Shown here: positions 1 through 9,446 of the stretch, in pieces
Position numbering within the stretch: the stretch's first letter is position 1
How the letters are laid out: the number at the start of each line of letters is the position of its first letter
DNA from: an uncultured delta proteobacterium
GTDB lineage: Bacteria > Desulfobacterota > Desulfobacteria > Desulfobacterales > SG8-13
DNA length: 64,000 nucleotides
NCBI GenBank assembly: GCA_963779885.1
Contig: CAWAAN010000017.1
Coordinates: forward strand, 18,649-82,648
Direction of reading: 5' to 3'
Program-made: the position numbers and the translations under genes
Notes under the pieces: generated by a model
Told to the model about the DNA's origin: nothing
The model's database searches: none
The model's input: only the letters and a program-made list of their open reading frames with translations

Positions 1-158
1 GCCGTGCGGCCGACCAGGGCCGGTGCGCAACCGAGTTGGCGAGCGATATTGAAGGCCACCGCACAAGCCAGCCCATCTTTTTTGAGCCGCAGCGTGATGT
101 CGTGGGCGATGACCGGATCCGGTCGGGCAGCGTTTTCATCTTTGTCGGCTAAACTCAT
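1..158 (-). CDS. Partial (5' end) conserved hypothetical protein, runs off the window start
   Basis: Manual translation from ATG at 158: MSLADKDENAARPDPVIAHDITLRLKKDGLACAVAFNIARQLGCAPALVGRT. The CAVAFxIAxxLG..VG motif resembles a small deltaproteobacterial Cys-containing protein family. Not in the ORF track. Confidence 0.65.
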   Translation of the reverse strand, partial: MSLADKDENAARPDPVIAHDITLRLKKDGLACAVAFNIARQLGCAPALVGRT

Positions 159-196
159 TTTTCCCCCGCTTTTTCTTAATGTTCCGCTCTTTGTTT

Positions 197-225
197 GTGA
201 CAATGCACTGAATGCTTCATATAAT
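197..225 (+). promoter_or_regulatory. Sigma70-like promoter upstream of ispG
   Basis: GTGACA-N17-TATAAT in the AT-rich divergent intergenic region. Confidence 0.55.
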
Positions 226-342
226 TTATTCATGGGCTCGGCACAATTCCAAAAAAGGGCCTCGAATCAATTTTTCTTGAACTCGTCTGGCGCCTTTGTT
301 AGGTTGCTTACGGTCAACATATCATCGATCTGGTGGCAGTAT

Positions 343-1434
343 ATGGGAGTTACGATTAAACGCAGAGAAACCCGGCGGATCACCGTGGGCGGTGTGGCAA
401 TCGGTGGCGACGCACCCATTTCCGTCCAGTCCATGACCAATACCTCGACCACCGATGTGGCGGCGACGGTGGCCCAGATAAAAGCGCTCGAGGCCGCCGG
501 CTGCGACATCGTGCGGGTGGCGGTTCCGGACGATGCGGCGGCCGAGGCTATCGCTGCCATAAAGGCGCAGATCACCGTACCGCTGATTGCCGACATTCAC
601 TTCGATCACCGGTTGGCGATTGCGGCGATTCGCGCGGGTGCCGATGCACTGCGAATCAACCCCGGCAACATCGGCAGCCGCAAAAACGTCAAGACGGTGG
701 TGGCCTGCGCCGCAGAATTCGGCGTGCCGATCCGGATCGGCGTCAATGCCGGTTCGCTCGAAAAAGACCTTTTGAAGAAGTACAAGGGGGTCACGGCCGA
801 GGCGATGGTCGAAAGCGCCCTGCGTCACATCGAGAATATGGCGGCGCTGGGATTCGACCGCTTGAAAATTTCCATAAAGGCCTCCGATGTTCACCGGACG
901 GTGCAGGCCTATCGCCTGCTGTCCGAGCGGACCGATTTCCCGCTGCACGTCGGCGTCACCGAGGCCGGCGGGCTTTATTCGGGGATCGTCAAATCGAGCC
1001 TCGGCATCGGAATGCTGCTGGCCGAAGGGATCGGCGACACCATCCGCGTGTCGCTGACGCGCGATCCGGTCGAAGAGGTGCGGGTCGGCTACGAGATCCT
1101 GAAGGCGCTCGATATCCGCCGCCACGGACCCGATATCATCTCCTGCCCGACCTGCGGACGGTGCCGGATCGACCTTTTCGGCCTCAGTGAAAAAATCGAA
1201 AAAGCGGTTTTGCTCAAATCGGTCCCGGTCAAGGTGGCCATCATGGGCTGCGTGGTCAACGGTCCGGGCGAAGCACGGGAAGCCGATATCGGTATCGCCG
1301 GCGGCAACGGCGTGGGAATCCTTTTTAAAAAAGGAAAAATCGTCAGGAAGTTCCCCGAAGGACAACTGGCCGAGGTCCTGCTGGCTGAACTGGATAAATT
1401 CGAACGCCGGTGGCGGTCGGATACGCGAAAATAA
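343..1434 (+). CDS. ispG: (E)-4-hydroxy-3-methylbut-2-enyl-diphosphate synthase
   Basis: ISVQSMTNT, ADIHFD, RINPGNIG, IRIGVNAGSLE, SCPTCGR and MGCVVNGPGE motifs; start moved to the ATG at 343. Confidence 0.97.
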   Translation: MGVTIKRRETRRITVGGVAIGGDAPISVQSMTNTSTTDVAATVAQIKALEAAGCDIVRVAVPDDAAAEAIAAIKAQITVPLIADIHFDHRLAIAAIRAGADALRINPGNIGSRKNVKTVVACAAEFGVPIRIGVNAGSLEKDLLKKYKGVTAEAMVESALRHIENMAALGFDRLKISIKASDVHRTVQAYRLLSERTDFPLHVGVTEAGGLYSGIVKSSLGIGMLLAEGIGDTIRVSLTRDPVEEVRVGYEILKALDIRRHGPDIISCPTCGRCRIDLFGLSEKIEKAVLLKSVPVKVAIMGCVVNGPGEAREADIGIAGGNGVGILFKKGKIVRKFPEGQLAEVLLAELDKFERRWRSDTRK

Positions 1435-1501
1435 TGCGACTATGAACATAGCGCCGCGCAAGTGGCGATAAACGATTGCCGACAGGCGCGAGAGGATCAG
1501 A

Positions 1502-3040
1502 ATGGGTAAACAGAAACAGCCGAAAACAGGCATCAGTCCTACCCGCGAAGAAGATTATCCGGAGTGGTACCAGCAAGTTGTCAAAGCCTCCGATCTGGCC
1601 GAAAAATCTCCGGTACGCGGGTGCATGGTGATCAAACCCTGGGGGTACAGCCTCTGGGAAAACATCGTCGAGGATCTGAATGCCTTGTTCAAGGCCACCG
1701 GAGTGAAAAACGCCTATTTTCCACTTTTCATCCCGCTGAGCTTTCTCGAAAAGGAAGCCGAACACGTCGAGGGCTTTGCCAAGGAATGTGCCGTGGTGAC
1801 CCACCACCGCCTCGAGAAGGGGCCTTCCGGCGGCCTGGTCCCGGCCGGCCCCCTGGCCGAGCCGCTGGTCGTCCGGCCGACATCGGAGACGATCATCGGC
1901 GACTCGTTTTCAAAATGGATCAACAGCTACCGGGACTTGCCGGTTCTCATCAACCAATGGGCCAATGTCGTTCGCTGGGAAATGCGGACACGCGTGTTTC
2001 TGAGAACCAGTGAATTCCTGTGGCAGGAGGGCCACACCGCGCACGCCTCCGAAAAAGAAGCCCTGGACAGGACCCGCCTGATGCTCGACGTGTATGCCGA
2101 ACTCGCCGAAAAGCAGCTGGCCATCCCGGTCATCAAGGGCCGCAAGACACCGGCGGAACGGTTTCCGGGGGCCGTTGACACGCTGTGCGTCGAAGCGATG
2201 ATGCAGGATCGCCGCGCCCTGCAGGCCGGCACCTCGCACTTCCTCGGTCAGAATTTCGCCCGGGCTTCGGGCATCCGCTACCAGGATGCCAACGAGCAGG
2301 AGCAGTATGCCTGGACAACCTCCTGGGGGGCCTCGACACGATTGATCGGCGGCCTGATCATGACCCACGGCGATGACAATGGCCTGCTCCTGCCGCCGCG
2401 GGTCGCGCCGGCCCAGGTCGTTTTGCTGCCGATCGCGCGCAATCCGGAGGAACACGCCCTGGTGATGCCCTATGTCGAGACTCTGGCTGCGGCCCTGCAA
2501 AAAAAATCGTATGGCCGGCGACCGATCGGCGTCGAAATCGACACGCGCGATATCGGCGGTGCCAGAGGCTGGGACTGGATCAAGAAGGGCATTCCGCTGC
2601 GGGTCGAAATCGGTCCGCGGGACATCGCCGCCGAATCGGTTTTCGTGGGGCGCCGCGACCGGGATCACCGCGAAAAAGTCTCTTTCAAGCGCGACCGGTT
2701 CGTCGCCGAAATCACCGATATTCTCGATGACATTCAACACACGCTCTTTGATCGTGCCCTGGCTTTCCAGCGGACGCATTCGACCGTCATCGATGAAAAA
2801 AAATCTTTTGATGACTATTTTACGCCGTCAGACAAAGAAAAACCCGAAATTCACGGCGGCTTCGCCTACTCGCACTGGTGTGGCGCGACGGCCTGTGAAG
2901 CCGTCATCAAAGAGGAACTCGGCGTGACCATTCGCTGTATCCCCTTTCCCGGCACCCGGCACGAAGACGCCGGCCCGGGGAGATGCATCGCCTGCGGCAA
3001 GCCGTCGCCGCAACGGGTCGTCTTTGCCAAAGCCTATTGA
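1502..3040 (+). CDS. proS: Proline--tRNA ligase, archaeal/eukaryotic type (no editing insertion)
   Basis: RPTSET, QWANVVRWEMRTRVFLRTSEFLWQEGHT, ALQAGTSHFLGQNF, C-terminal Cys-rich domain ending FAKAY. Confidence 0.97.
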   Translation: MGKQKQPKTGISPTREEDYPEWYQQVVKASDLAEKSPVRGCMVIKPWGYSLWENIVEDLNALFKATGVKNAYFPLFIPLSFLEKEAEHVEGFAKECAVVTHHRLEKGPSGGLVPAGPLAEPLVVRPTSETIIGDSFSKWINSYRDLPVLINQWANVVRWEMRTRVFLRTSEFLWQEGHTAHASEKEALDRTRLMLDVYAELAEKQLAIPVIKGRKTPAERFPGAVDTLCVEAMMQDRRALQAGTSHFLGQNFARASGIRYQDANEQEQYAWTTSWGASTRLIGGLIMTHGDDNGLLLPPRVAPAQVVLLPIARNPEEHALVMPYVETLAAALQKKSYGRRPIGVEIDTRDIGGARGWDWIKKGIPLRVEIGPRDIAAESVFVGRRDRDHREKVSFKRDRFVAEITDILDDIQHTLFDRALAFQRTHSTVIDEKKSFDDYFTPSDKEKPEIHGGFAYSHWCGATACEAVIKEELGVTIRCIPFPGTRHEDAGPGRCIACGKPSPQRVVFAKAY

Positions 3041-3079
3041 AGCGCATCGTAACATGATACATATCTATTTTTGGTGCCT

Positions 3080-5224
3080 ATGATCCGCATTACCGACATC
3101 CTCGACAGGGTGGCCGAGTACTCTCCCGAGGCCGACCTCAGCCTGATCGAACGGGCGTATATTTACTCGGCGCGAGTCCACGAAGGCCAGGTGCGCCTGT
3201 CGGGAGAGCCCTACCTGTCCCACCCGCTGGAGGTGGCCGGCATCCTGGCCGACATGAACCTGGATGAGGTCAGCGTCACCTCCGGTCTGCTGCACGATGT
3301 CCTGGAAGATACCGCGGCCACGACCGAAGAAATCGAGGACATTTTCGGCCCCGGTGTCCTGCATATCGTCTCCGGCGTAACGAAGCTGAGCAAATTGCGC
3401 CTGAGCAGCTCCGAAGCCCGGCAGGCCGAGAGCATCCGCAAGATGCTGCTGGCCATGGCCGACGACATCCGCGTCATCCTGATCAAGCTGGCCGACCGCC
3501 TGCACAACATGCGGACCCTTCAATTTCACCGCAGCGAGAAGAAAAAAGTCAGTATCGCCCGCGAAACCATGGATATTTATGCGCCGATATCCGCCCGCCT
3601 GGGCATCTACTGGATCAAGAAAGAACTCGAAGACGCCTCTTTCAAGTACATGCTGCCCGATGAGTACGAACGGATCAGAAGCCTGGTGGCCAAGGATCAG
3701 GCCGAGCGTGAAAAATATATCGGAACGGTCAAGGAATTCATCTTAAAAAAAATGGCCGAGGCCGACCTGACGTGCGAGGTGCTGGGCCGCAACAAGAATT
3801 ACTACAGCATCTACCACAAAATGATGACGCAAAATCTGGCGTTTGAAGACGTTTACGATATTATCGCCTTCAGGATCATCATCGACACCATACCGCACTG
3901 TTACGAAACGCTCGGTTTGATTCATTCGCTCTGGAAACCGATCGACATCAAGTTCAAGGACTATATCAGCCGCCCGAAACCCAACATGTACCAGTCGCTT
4001 CACACGACGGTCTTTGGCCCCTACGGCGAGCGCATGGAGGTTCAGATCCGCACCTGGGAAATGGACCGCGTGGCCAAGTCGGGCATTGCCGCCCACTGGG
4101 GCTATAAGGAGGGTCAGCAGGTCGATGAACGCGTAAGCCGCATGTACACCTGGATTCAAGAACTGGTCGAAAACCAGGAGAATTTCAGGGACCCGGGTGA
4201 ATTCATGGAAAACGTGCGCATCGACCTTTTCCCTGACGAGGTGTATGTGTTCACGCCGCGCGGGGAAATAAAAACCTTACCCAAAGGCGCGATTCCGGTC
4301 GATTTCGCCTACATGATCCACACGGAGGTGGGCGATCAGTGTATCGGTGCCAAGGTCAACGACCGCATGGTCCCGTTGCAGTACGAGCTTCAGACCGGCG
4401 ACGTCGTTGAAATCGTCACCCAGAAAAACCACCAGCCGAGCAAGGACTGGCTGAAATACGTCAAAACGGTCAAGGCCCGTTCGAAAATCCGCCAATGGAT
4501 CAAGACCCAGGAAAAAGACCGCAGCATCTCCCTGGGACGGGAGATGTGCGACAAAGCCTTTCGCAAGGAAAAGCTGAATTTTTCGGCGTTGCTTAAAACC
4601 GATGATATGAACCGGGTGGTAGAGCACTTCGGGCTCAAGACGGCCGATGACCTGATTGCCAGCGTGGGCTACGGCAAGATCACACCGCTTCAGGTCGTGC
4701 GGCGCTTTACGGCCAAATCCGAGGGCGATGAAAAGCGGGAATCGGTTTTTAACAAACTCATCGGACGGGTGCGCAAGAAAAAGGCCAAGGGCGGAGTGGT
4801 GGTCAAGGGCGTGGACGATATCTTGATCCGGTTCGGCAAGTGCTGCCAGCCGGTGCCGGGCGATTCGATCACCGGCTATATTACCCAGGGCTACGGCGTG
4901 ACCGTGCACCGCAGGGGCTGCGTCAACGCCCTGAAAATGAGTCCCGACCGGCAAATCGACGTGGAATGGAATATCGAGAATTCAGAAACGTATCCCGTAA
5001 GACTCTACATCCGTTCCCTGGACCGGGTCGGGCTGCTGGCCGACGTCGTCAGCAACATCAGCAAAAATGACGCCAACATCCTGAACGCGAAAACCGAAAC
5101 CCAGGAAAACAAGGTCGTCAACAGCGTGTTCACTATCGACGTGGAGGATACGCAACACCTGGCGCGGATCATGTCATCGCTCAAGAAGGTCAAGCAGGTC
5201 ATGGAAGTCAAACGCATCAACTGA
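3080..5224 (+). CDS. relA: Bifunctional (p)ppGpp synthetase/hydrolase (long RSH: HD-SYNTH-TGS-ZFD-ACT)
   Basis: RLSGEPYLSHP, LHDVLED (intact HD), KLADRLHNMRT, YQSLHTT, EVQIRT, TGS domain, KCCQPVPGD, ACT domain. Confidence 0.95.
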   Translation: MIRITDILDRVAEYSPEADLSLIERAYIYSARVHEGQVRLSGEPYLSHPLEVAGILADMNLDEVSVTSGLLHDVLEDTAATTEEIEDIFGPGVLHIVSGVTKLSKLRLSSSEARQAESIRKMLLAMADDIRVILIKLADRLHNMRTLQFHRSEKKKVSIARETMDIYAPISARLGIYWIKKELEDASFKYMLPDEYERIRSLVAKDQAEREKYIGTVKEFILKKMAEADLTCEVLGRNKNYYSIYHKMMTQNLAFEDVYDIIAFRIIIDTIPHCYETLGLIHSLWKPIDIKFKDYISRPKPNMYQSLHTTVFGPYGERMEVQIRTWEMDRVAKSGIAAHWGYKEGQQVDERVSRMYTWIQELVENQENFRDPGEFMENVRIDLFPDEVYVFTPRGEIKTLPKGAIPVDFAYMIHTEVGDQCIGAKVNDRMVPLQYELQTGDVVEIVTQKNHQPSKDWLKYVKTVKARSKIRQWIKTQEKDRSISLGREMCDKAFRKEKLNFSALLKTDDMNRVVEHFGLKTADDLIASVGYGKITPLQVVRRFTAKSEGDEKRESVFNKLIGRVRKKKAKGGVVVKGVDDILIRFGKCCQPVPGDSITGYITQGYGVTVHRRGCVNALKMSPDRQIDVEWNIENSETYPVRLYIRSLDRVGLLADVVSNISKNDANILNAKTETQENKVVNSVFTIDVEDTQHLARIMSSLKKVKQVMEVKRIN

Positions 5225-5661
5225 TATAGGCTTCGAGATAAAGAGTTTGGCTGTGTTATCGGTCGGCGGCGTATGCCGTATACAGCCGGCCTCCCTCTGG
5301 CCTTGCCAAACTCTTTATCTCGAAGCCTATATGGCGCCGGGGGATACCACGATTTGGCCGGGTTATCGGTCGGCGGCGTATGCCGTATACAGCCGGCCTC
5401 CCTCTGGCCTTGCCAAACTCTTTATCTCGAAGCCTATATGGCGCCGGGGGATACCACGATTTGGCCGGGTTATCGGTCGGCGGCGTATGCCGTATACAGC
5501 CGGCCTCCCTCTGGCCTTGCCAAACTCTTTATCTCGAAGCCTATATGGCGCCGGGGGATACCACGATTTGGCCGGGTTATCGGTCGGCGGCGTATGCCGT
5601 ATACAGCCGGCCTCCCTCTGGCCTTGCCAAACTCTTTATCTCGAAGCCTATATGGCGCCGG
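5224..5661. repeat. MITE/REP-like palindromic element followed by a tandem array of identical 107-bp units (about 3.8 copies)
   Basis: Units start at 5255, 5362, 5469 and 5576. Perfect 28-bp inverted repeat at 5224-5251 / 5305-5332 (ATATAGGCTTCGAGATAAAGAGTTTGGC). Confidence 0.95.
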
Positions 5662-5669
5662 AGAGGATT

Positions 5670-5861
5670 TTAGGGGGCCTTGACGACGCAGCCGGATTTG
5701 ATGCAACTAGTGCAGACCGTCATCTTTTTAACCCTTCCGTTGACCGTCGCCCTGACCTGCTGAAGGTTCGGATTGAAGCGGCGTTTGTTCACATTGTGAG
5801 CGTGGCTCACGTTGCTGCCCACCATCGGTTTCTTACCGCATATTTCGCATGCTTTGGACAT
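5670..5861 (-). CDS. rpmB: 50S ribosomal protein L28
   Basis: [34 protein letters not shown]...VCTSCIKSG. Confidence 0.97.
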   Translation of the reverse strand: MSKACEICGKKPMVGSNVSHAHNVNKRRFNPNLQQVRATVNGRVKKMTVCTSCIKSGCVVKAP

Positions 5862-5978
5862 GGTCCCTCTCCTTTGACGGTATGCGGGACGTCACGCCCG
5901 GCCCGCACATGAATACGGAAAAATCAATCCAGAAAAAAGGGATGTTTACCGCAAGGGCCGGAATCTGTAAAGCCTTTT

Positions 5979-6662
5979 TTAATTGGGCTGCGCCTGTTTT
6001 GCCAGGGAAGATTCGCACTTGGTGATGTACTGAAGGGCGACGCGATGAACACCGGCATCCGGATAATTGGTGACGAGCGACCTGAAGCGGTGCAGGGCGG
6101 CATCGTAATTTTTGTTTTTATAGTAAAACATCGCGATGTAAAACTCGTTTCCGGCAAGGTTCTTCAGACATTTGTCGATGTGGTCGGTCGCCTTTTCGGC
6201 GTATATCGAATTGGGGTATTGCTTCTGAAGCTGCCTGAAATTCTCCAGGGCCTCGCGCGTGACATTCTGGTCACGGTCGATCGTATCCAGTTGGTCAAAA
6301 TAACTCCGGCCAACTTGGTAAAGCACGTAGGGGATCGCCTCGTTGTTGGGGTGAAGGTCGGCAAAATCCCGATACGCGGATATGGCCTCGGCATACTCGT
6401 CGAGGTGATAGTGCGCGTCGGCTATTTTCAGCTCCGCCAGCGTGACGTATTTGCTGAAGGGATACCAGTCCTTGATTTTCTGAAAATAATCGAGGGCCGA
6501 TTTGTAATCCCCACCCTCATACTCATCCATGCCTTTTTGAACCAGGGTCTCTACCGGTTCCACATCTTCGGCCTTGAATAAAAAACCGTGGACGGAGTTG
6601 TAAAGAGAACAGCCCGCCAAGGTGAAAAGGAAGCACAGACACAGGGCAACGCCCGCTTTCAT
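5979..6662 (-). CDS. bamD: Outer membrane protein assembly lipoprotein BamD
   Basis: Lipobox LAGC, TPR repeats, YPFSKY, DRDQ, EFYIAMFY motifs; start at MKAGVAL. Confidence 0.9.
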   Translation of the reverse strand: MKAGVALCLCFLFTLAGCSLYNSVHGFLFKAEDVEPVETLVQKGMDEYEGGDYKSALDYFQKIKDWYPFSKYVTLAELKIADAHYHLDEYAEAISAYRDFADLHPNNEAIPYVLYQVGRSYFDQLDTIDRDQNVTREALENFRQLQKQYPNSIYAEKATDHIDKCLKNLAGNEFYIAMFYYKNKNYDAALHRFRSLVTNYPDAGVHRVALQYITKCESSLAKQAQPN

Positions 6663-6895
6663 TAACAGACCCTTGTCATTTTTTAAGAAAGGGAAAATAG
6701 TCCACCCCCCTTGAATCAGTCGGCACGGCCGACGTCGCCGGCTTGATCCCAAACCTATCGTCACTCGGAAGACTTGCTGTCAGCGACCCGAAAAACCGTT
6801 CTTACCGCTCCTGCTCGCCATCCACCGCCGGCAGGATTCATCTGCGGTGGCCGCCGGAGGGTCGGCGCTCTTGTCCCTCCCACGGCACCAAAGGG

Positions 6896-7222
6896 CTAAA
6901 GGGCTTTTTTGATGACATCTTCGAGTTTTGACTTGGCAACCATGCCGGTAATCTGGTCGACCACGTCGCCACCCTTGAACAAAATGAGGGTCGGGATGGC
7001 TTTGATTCCATATTTTCCCGGTGTCATCGGGCTGTTGTCAACATTGCACTTCATAAACTTTATCTTGCCGTCGTAGTCCTTGGAAAGCTCCTCGACGACC
7101 GGCCCGATGGCTTTGCAAGGCCCGCACCACGGCGCCCAGAAATCCACCAGCACCGGCATGTCCGCCTGCAACACCTCGTTCTCAAAATTTCCGTCTTCTA
7201 TTTCCATGATACCTTCAGCCAT
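6896..7222 (-). CDS. trxA: Thioredoxin
   Basis: VDFWAPWCGPCK active site, 108 aa. Confidence 0.97.
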   Translation of the reverse strand: MAEGIMEIEDGNFENEVLQADMPVLVDFWAPWCGPCKAIGPVVEELSKDYDGKIKFMKCNVDNSPMTPGKYGIKAIPTLILFKGGDVVDQITGMVAKSKLEDVIKKAL

Positions 7223-7463
7223 GTGATATTATCCTTTCCTTTCTGAAATAATTGACGCAATGATAGTGATGACCCCCAAGGTTGTCAACTTTTACAAAAG
7301 AAGTCAATATAGGATATTATTGCGCTGGCGATGACGATTTGAAAAGGACCCGGTGTCATTGACCGTAGGTCAATAGGCCGCCAGGGGTTGCATGACAAGC
7401 CGGCCCGGGCATCCGCGGTCGAAAAATTCGGCGGTACGCGGGGGAACGGCAGAAAGAACGCAG

Positions 7464-8285
7464 ATGACGAACACGATCAAGATCGGGGCCCTGATATCGG
7501 GCACCGGCACAAATTTGCGGGCCATCATAGACGCGTGCGCCAACGGCAAGACGGACGGTCAGGTGGTTTTTGTCGGTTCGGACAATCCGCAGGCGGCCGG
7601 GCTGGACTTGGGCCGCCGCCACCATATCCCCACTTTCGCGGTCGACTACCGGGCCGTCATCCGGTCCTGCCGCAGCCCAACCGCGGATGCCGCGCTGCCG
7701 GCCGACGTCGAGATGGGCGCGCTGCTTGAAAAACAAACCCTTTTTCCGCCCTGGGCCGACCCGCAACGGGTGACCTCCTTTTTGACATCGCGGGTCATGG
7801 CCGAACAGCGGTTGCTCCAGGCCATGGCGCCCTACGAGTTCGATCTGCTCGTTCTGGCCGGCTACATGCGCACCCTGACGCCCTTTTTCATCGACCGTGT
7901 CAACGCCGATGCGCGCCCGCCCCGCATCATGAACATACACCCCGCCCTGCTGCCGGCCTTTCCGGGAACCGACGGTTACGGCGACGCGTTTCGCTTCGGC
8001 TGCAAGGTGGCCGGCTGCACGGTGCATTTTGTCGACTACGGCGAAGACACGGGGCCCATCATCGGCCAGCGGGCCTTTGCCATCGAAGACAACGACTCCC
8101 TGGAGGCGGTCCGTGAGAAGGGGTTGACACTGGAATGGTCCCTTTATCCGGAATGCATCGGCTTGTTTGCGCAAAAACGGTTGACACTCGTCGAGACGAC
8201 CTGCGAGCGGCCGGGCCTTGGCCGGAAAACCAAGCGGACGACGGTGAAGATCTCGCCGCCGAGTCCGTCAGCAGCGTTATATTAA
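7464..8285 (+). CDS. purN: Phosphoribosylglycinamide formyltransferase with internal insertion
   Basis: LISGTGTNLRAI, LAGYMR, NIHPALLPAFPG, GCTVHFVDYGEDTGPII. Confidence 0.92.
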   Translation: MTNTIKIGALISGTGTNLRAIIDACANGKTDGQVVFVGSDNPQAAGLDLGRRHHIPTFAVDYRAVIRSCRSPTADAALPADVEMGALLEKQTLFPPWADPQRVTSFLTSRVMAEQRLLQAMAPYEFDLLVLAGYMRTLTPFFIDRVNADARPPRIMNIHPALLPAFPGTDGYGDAFRFGCKVAGCTVHFVDYGEDTGPIIGQRAFAIEDNDSLEAVREKGLTLEWSLYPECIGLFAQKRLTLVETTCERPGLGRKTKRTTVKISPPSPSAALY

Positions 8286-8341
8286 TACGGCTTTTGTCTC
8301 TTTGCGACTCGGGCCGCACGGATGGTTGTTCGACTGGACCA

Positions 8342-9322
8342 TCAGTCCGGCGGGCCCGCCCGGCGGCCCTCGTCCCGCAGCCACTTCACGTACTGCTCCA
8401 TGCCCTGCTCCAAACTGAGCGCGCCGCATTTGAAGCCGGTGGCCGCCAGCTTGGCCGTGTCCGCTTCGGTAAAATACTGGTAGCTGGCCCTCAGAGTTTC
8501 CGGCATGTCGAAGTAATCGATTTTTTCCGGCAGCTTCAGGCTTTTAAAGATGGCGCGCGCCAGATCGTTGAAACTCCGGCTCCTTCCCGTTCCGCCGTTG
8601 TAGAGGCCGCTGGGGGCGGAGGCCTCCAGGAAATAGAGGATCAGGTCGACAATGTCCCCGACGAAAATGAAATCTCTTTTCTGTCCACCATCCACCCAAC
8701 CCTGCCGGTGGGATTTGAAGAGACGGATGCGGCTGCTTCGCAGCGCCTGCGGAATGGCGAAACTCGCCACGCTGGCCATCCGGCCCTTGTAGCTTTCACC
8801 GGGTCCATACACATTGAAAAACTTCAACCCGTACCAGCGCGGCGGGGTTTTCGACTGTTTGAGCGCCCACAAATCGAAAAGATGCTTTGAATAGCCGTAG
8901 GCGTTGATCGGTTCATAGGCGGCCGTCTGGTCATGGTCGTCGGAAAATCCACGCCGGCCATCGCCGTAGGTGGCGGCGCTGCTGGCATAGACCAGGGGAA
9001 TGCGGTTTTCTGTGCAGAAGCGCCACAATTTTTGCGAATAGGCGACGTTGTTCTCGACCAGATAATCGAAATCGTTTTCCATCGTGTCCGTGCAGGCCCC
9101 CAGATGGATGACTGCCTCGACGGTGACGGCCTCGCTTTGTTCCAACCACGACCACAGGTGCGATTTGTGAACGTAGTGTCGAAACGGCTTGCCGACCAGG
9201 TTTTTCCATTTGCCGGTGGCGGCGATGTTGTCCACGACCAGAATGTCGTCGCCGTACCCGCGGTTCAGGGCCGCAAGGGTGTTGCTGCCGATAAACCCCG
9301 CTCCTCCCGTGAGAATGACCAT
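8342..9322 (-). CDS. hldD: ADP-L-glycero-D-manno-heptose 6-epimerase
   Basis: TGGAGFIGSN, YASSAATYG, YGYSK, FFNVYGPGE..KGRMAS; adjacent to hldE. Confidence 0.93.
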   Translation of the reverse strand: MVILTGGAGFIGSNTLAALNRGYGDDILVVDNIAATGKWKNLVGKPFRHYVHKSHLWSWLEQSEAVTVEAVIHLGACTDTMENDFDYLVENNVAYSQKLWRFCTENRIPLVYASSAATYGDGRRGFSDDHDQTAAYEPINAYGYSKHLFDLWALKQSKTPPRWYGLKFFNVYGPGESYKGRMASVASFAIPQALRSSRIRLFKSHRQGWVDGGQKRDFIFVGDIVDLILYFLEASAPSGLYNGGTGRSRSFNDLARAIFKSLKLPEKIDYFDMPETLRASYQYFTEADTAKLAATGFKCGALSLEQGMEQYVKWLRDEGRRAGPPD

Positions 9323-9446
9323 GTCGCTGCTCCTCGGAAGCCGCTTAAAAAAAACGGTGGTAGAGCGGTTTCCCGATAGAGGCGGGATTCAGCGCTCCGG
9401 GGTTGAAAACCCTTATACCGCTCACATCTGAATGATTTAAGTTTAT

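Noticed and set aside
4..342. N-terminal extension of IspG in the ORF track
   Set aside because: Overlaps a divergent gene and the promoter; IspG similarity begins at the ATG at 343.
5255..5661. CRISPR array
   Set aside because: Units are identical over their whole 107 bp with no variable spacers, and there are no cas genes.
5247..5912. Repetitive ORFs (221, 136, 97 and 78 aa) over the tandem array
   Set aside because: By-products of a stop-poor repeat; the longest overlaps rpmB antisense.
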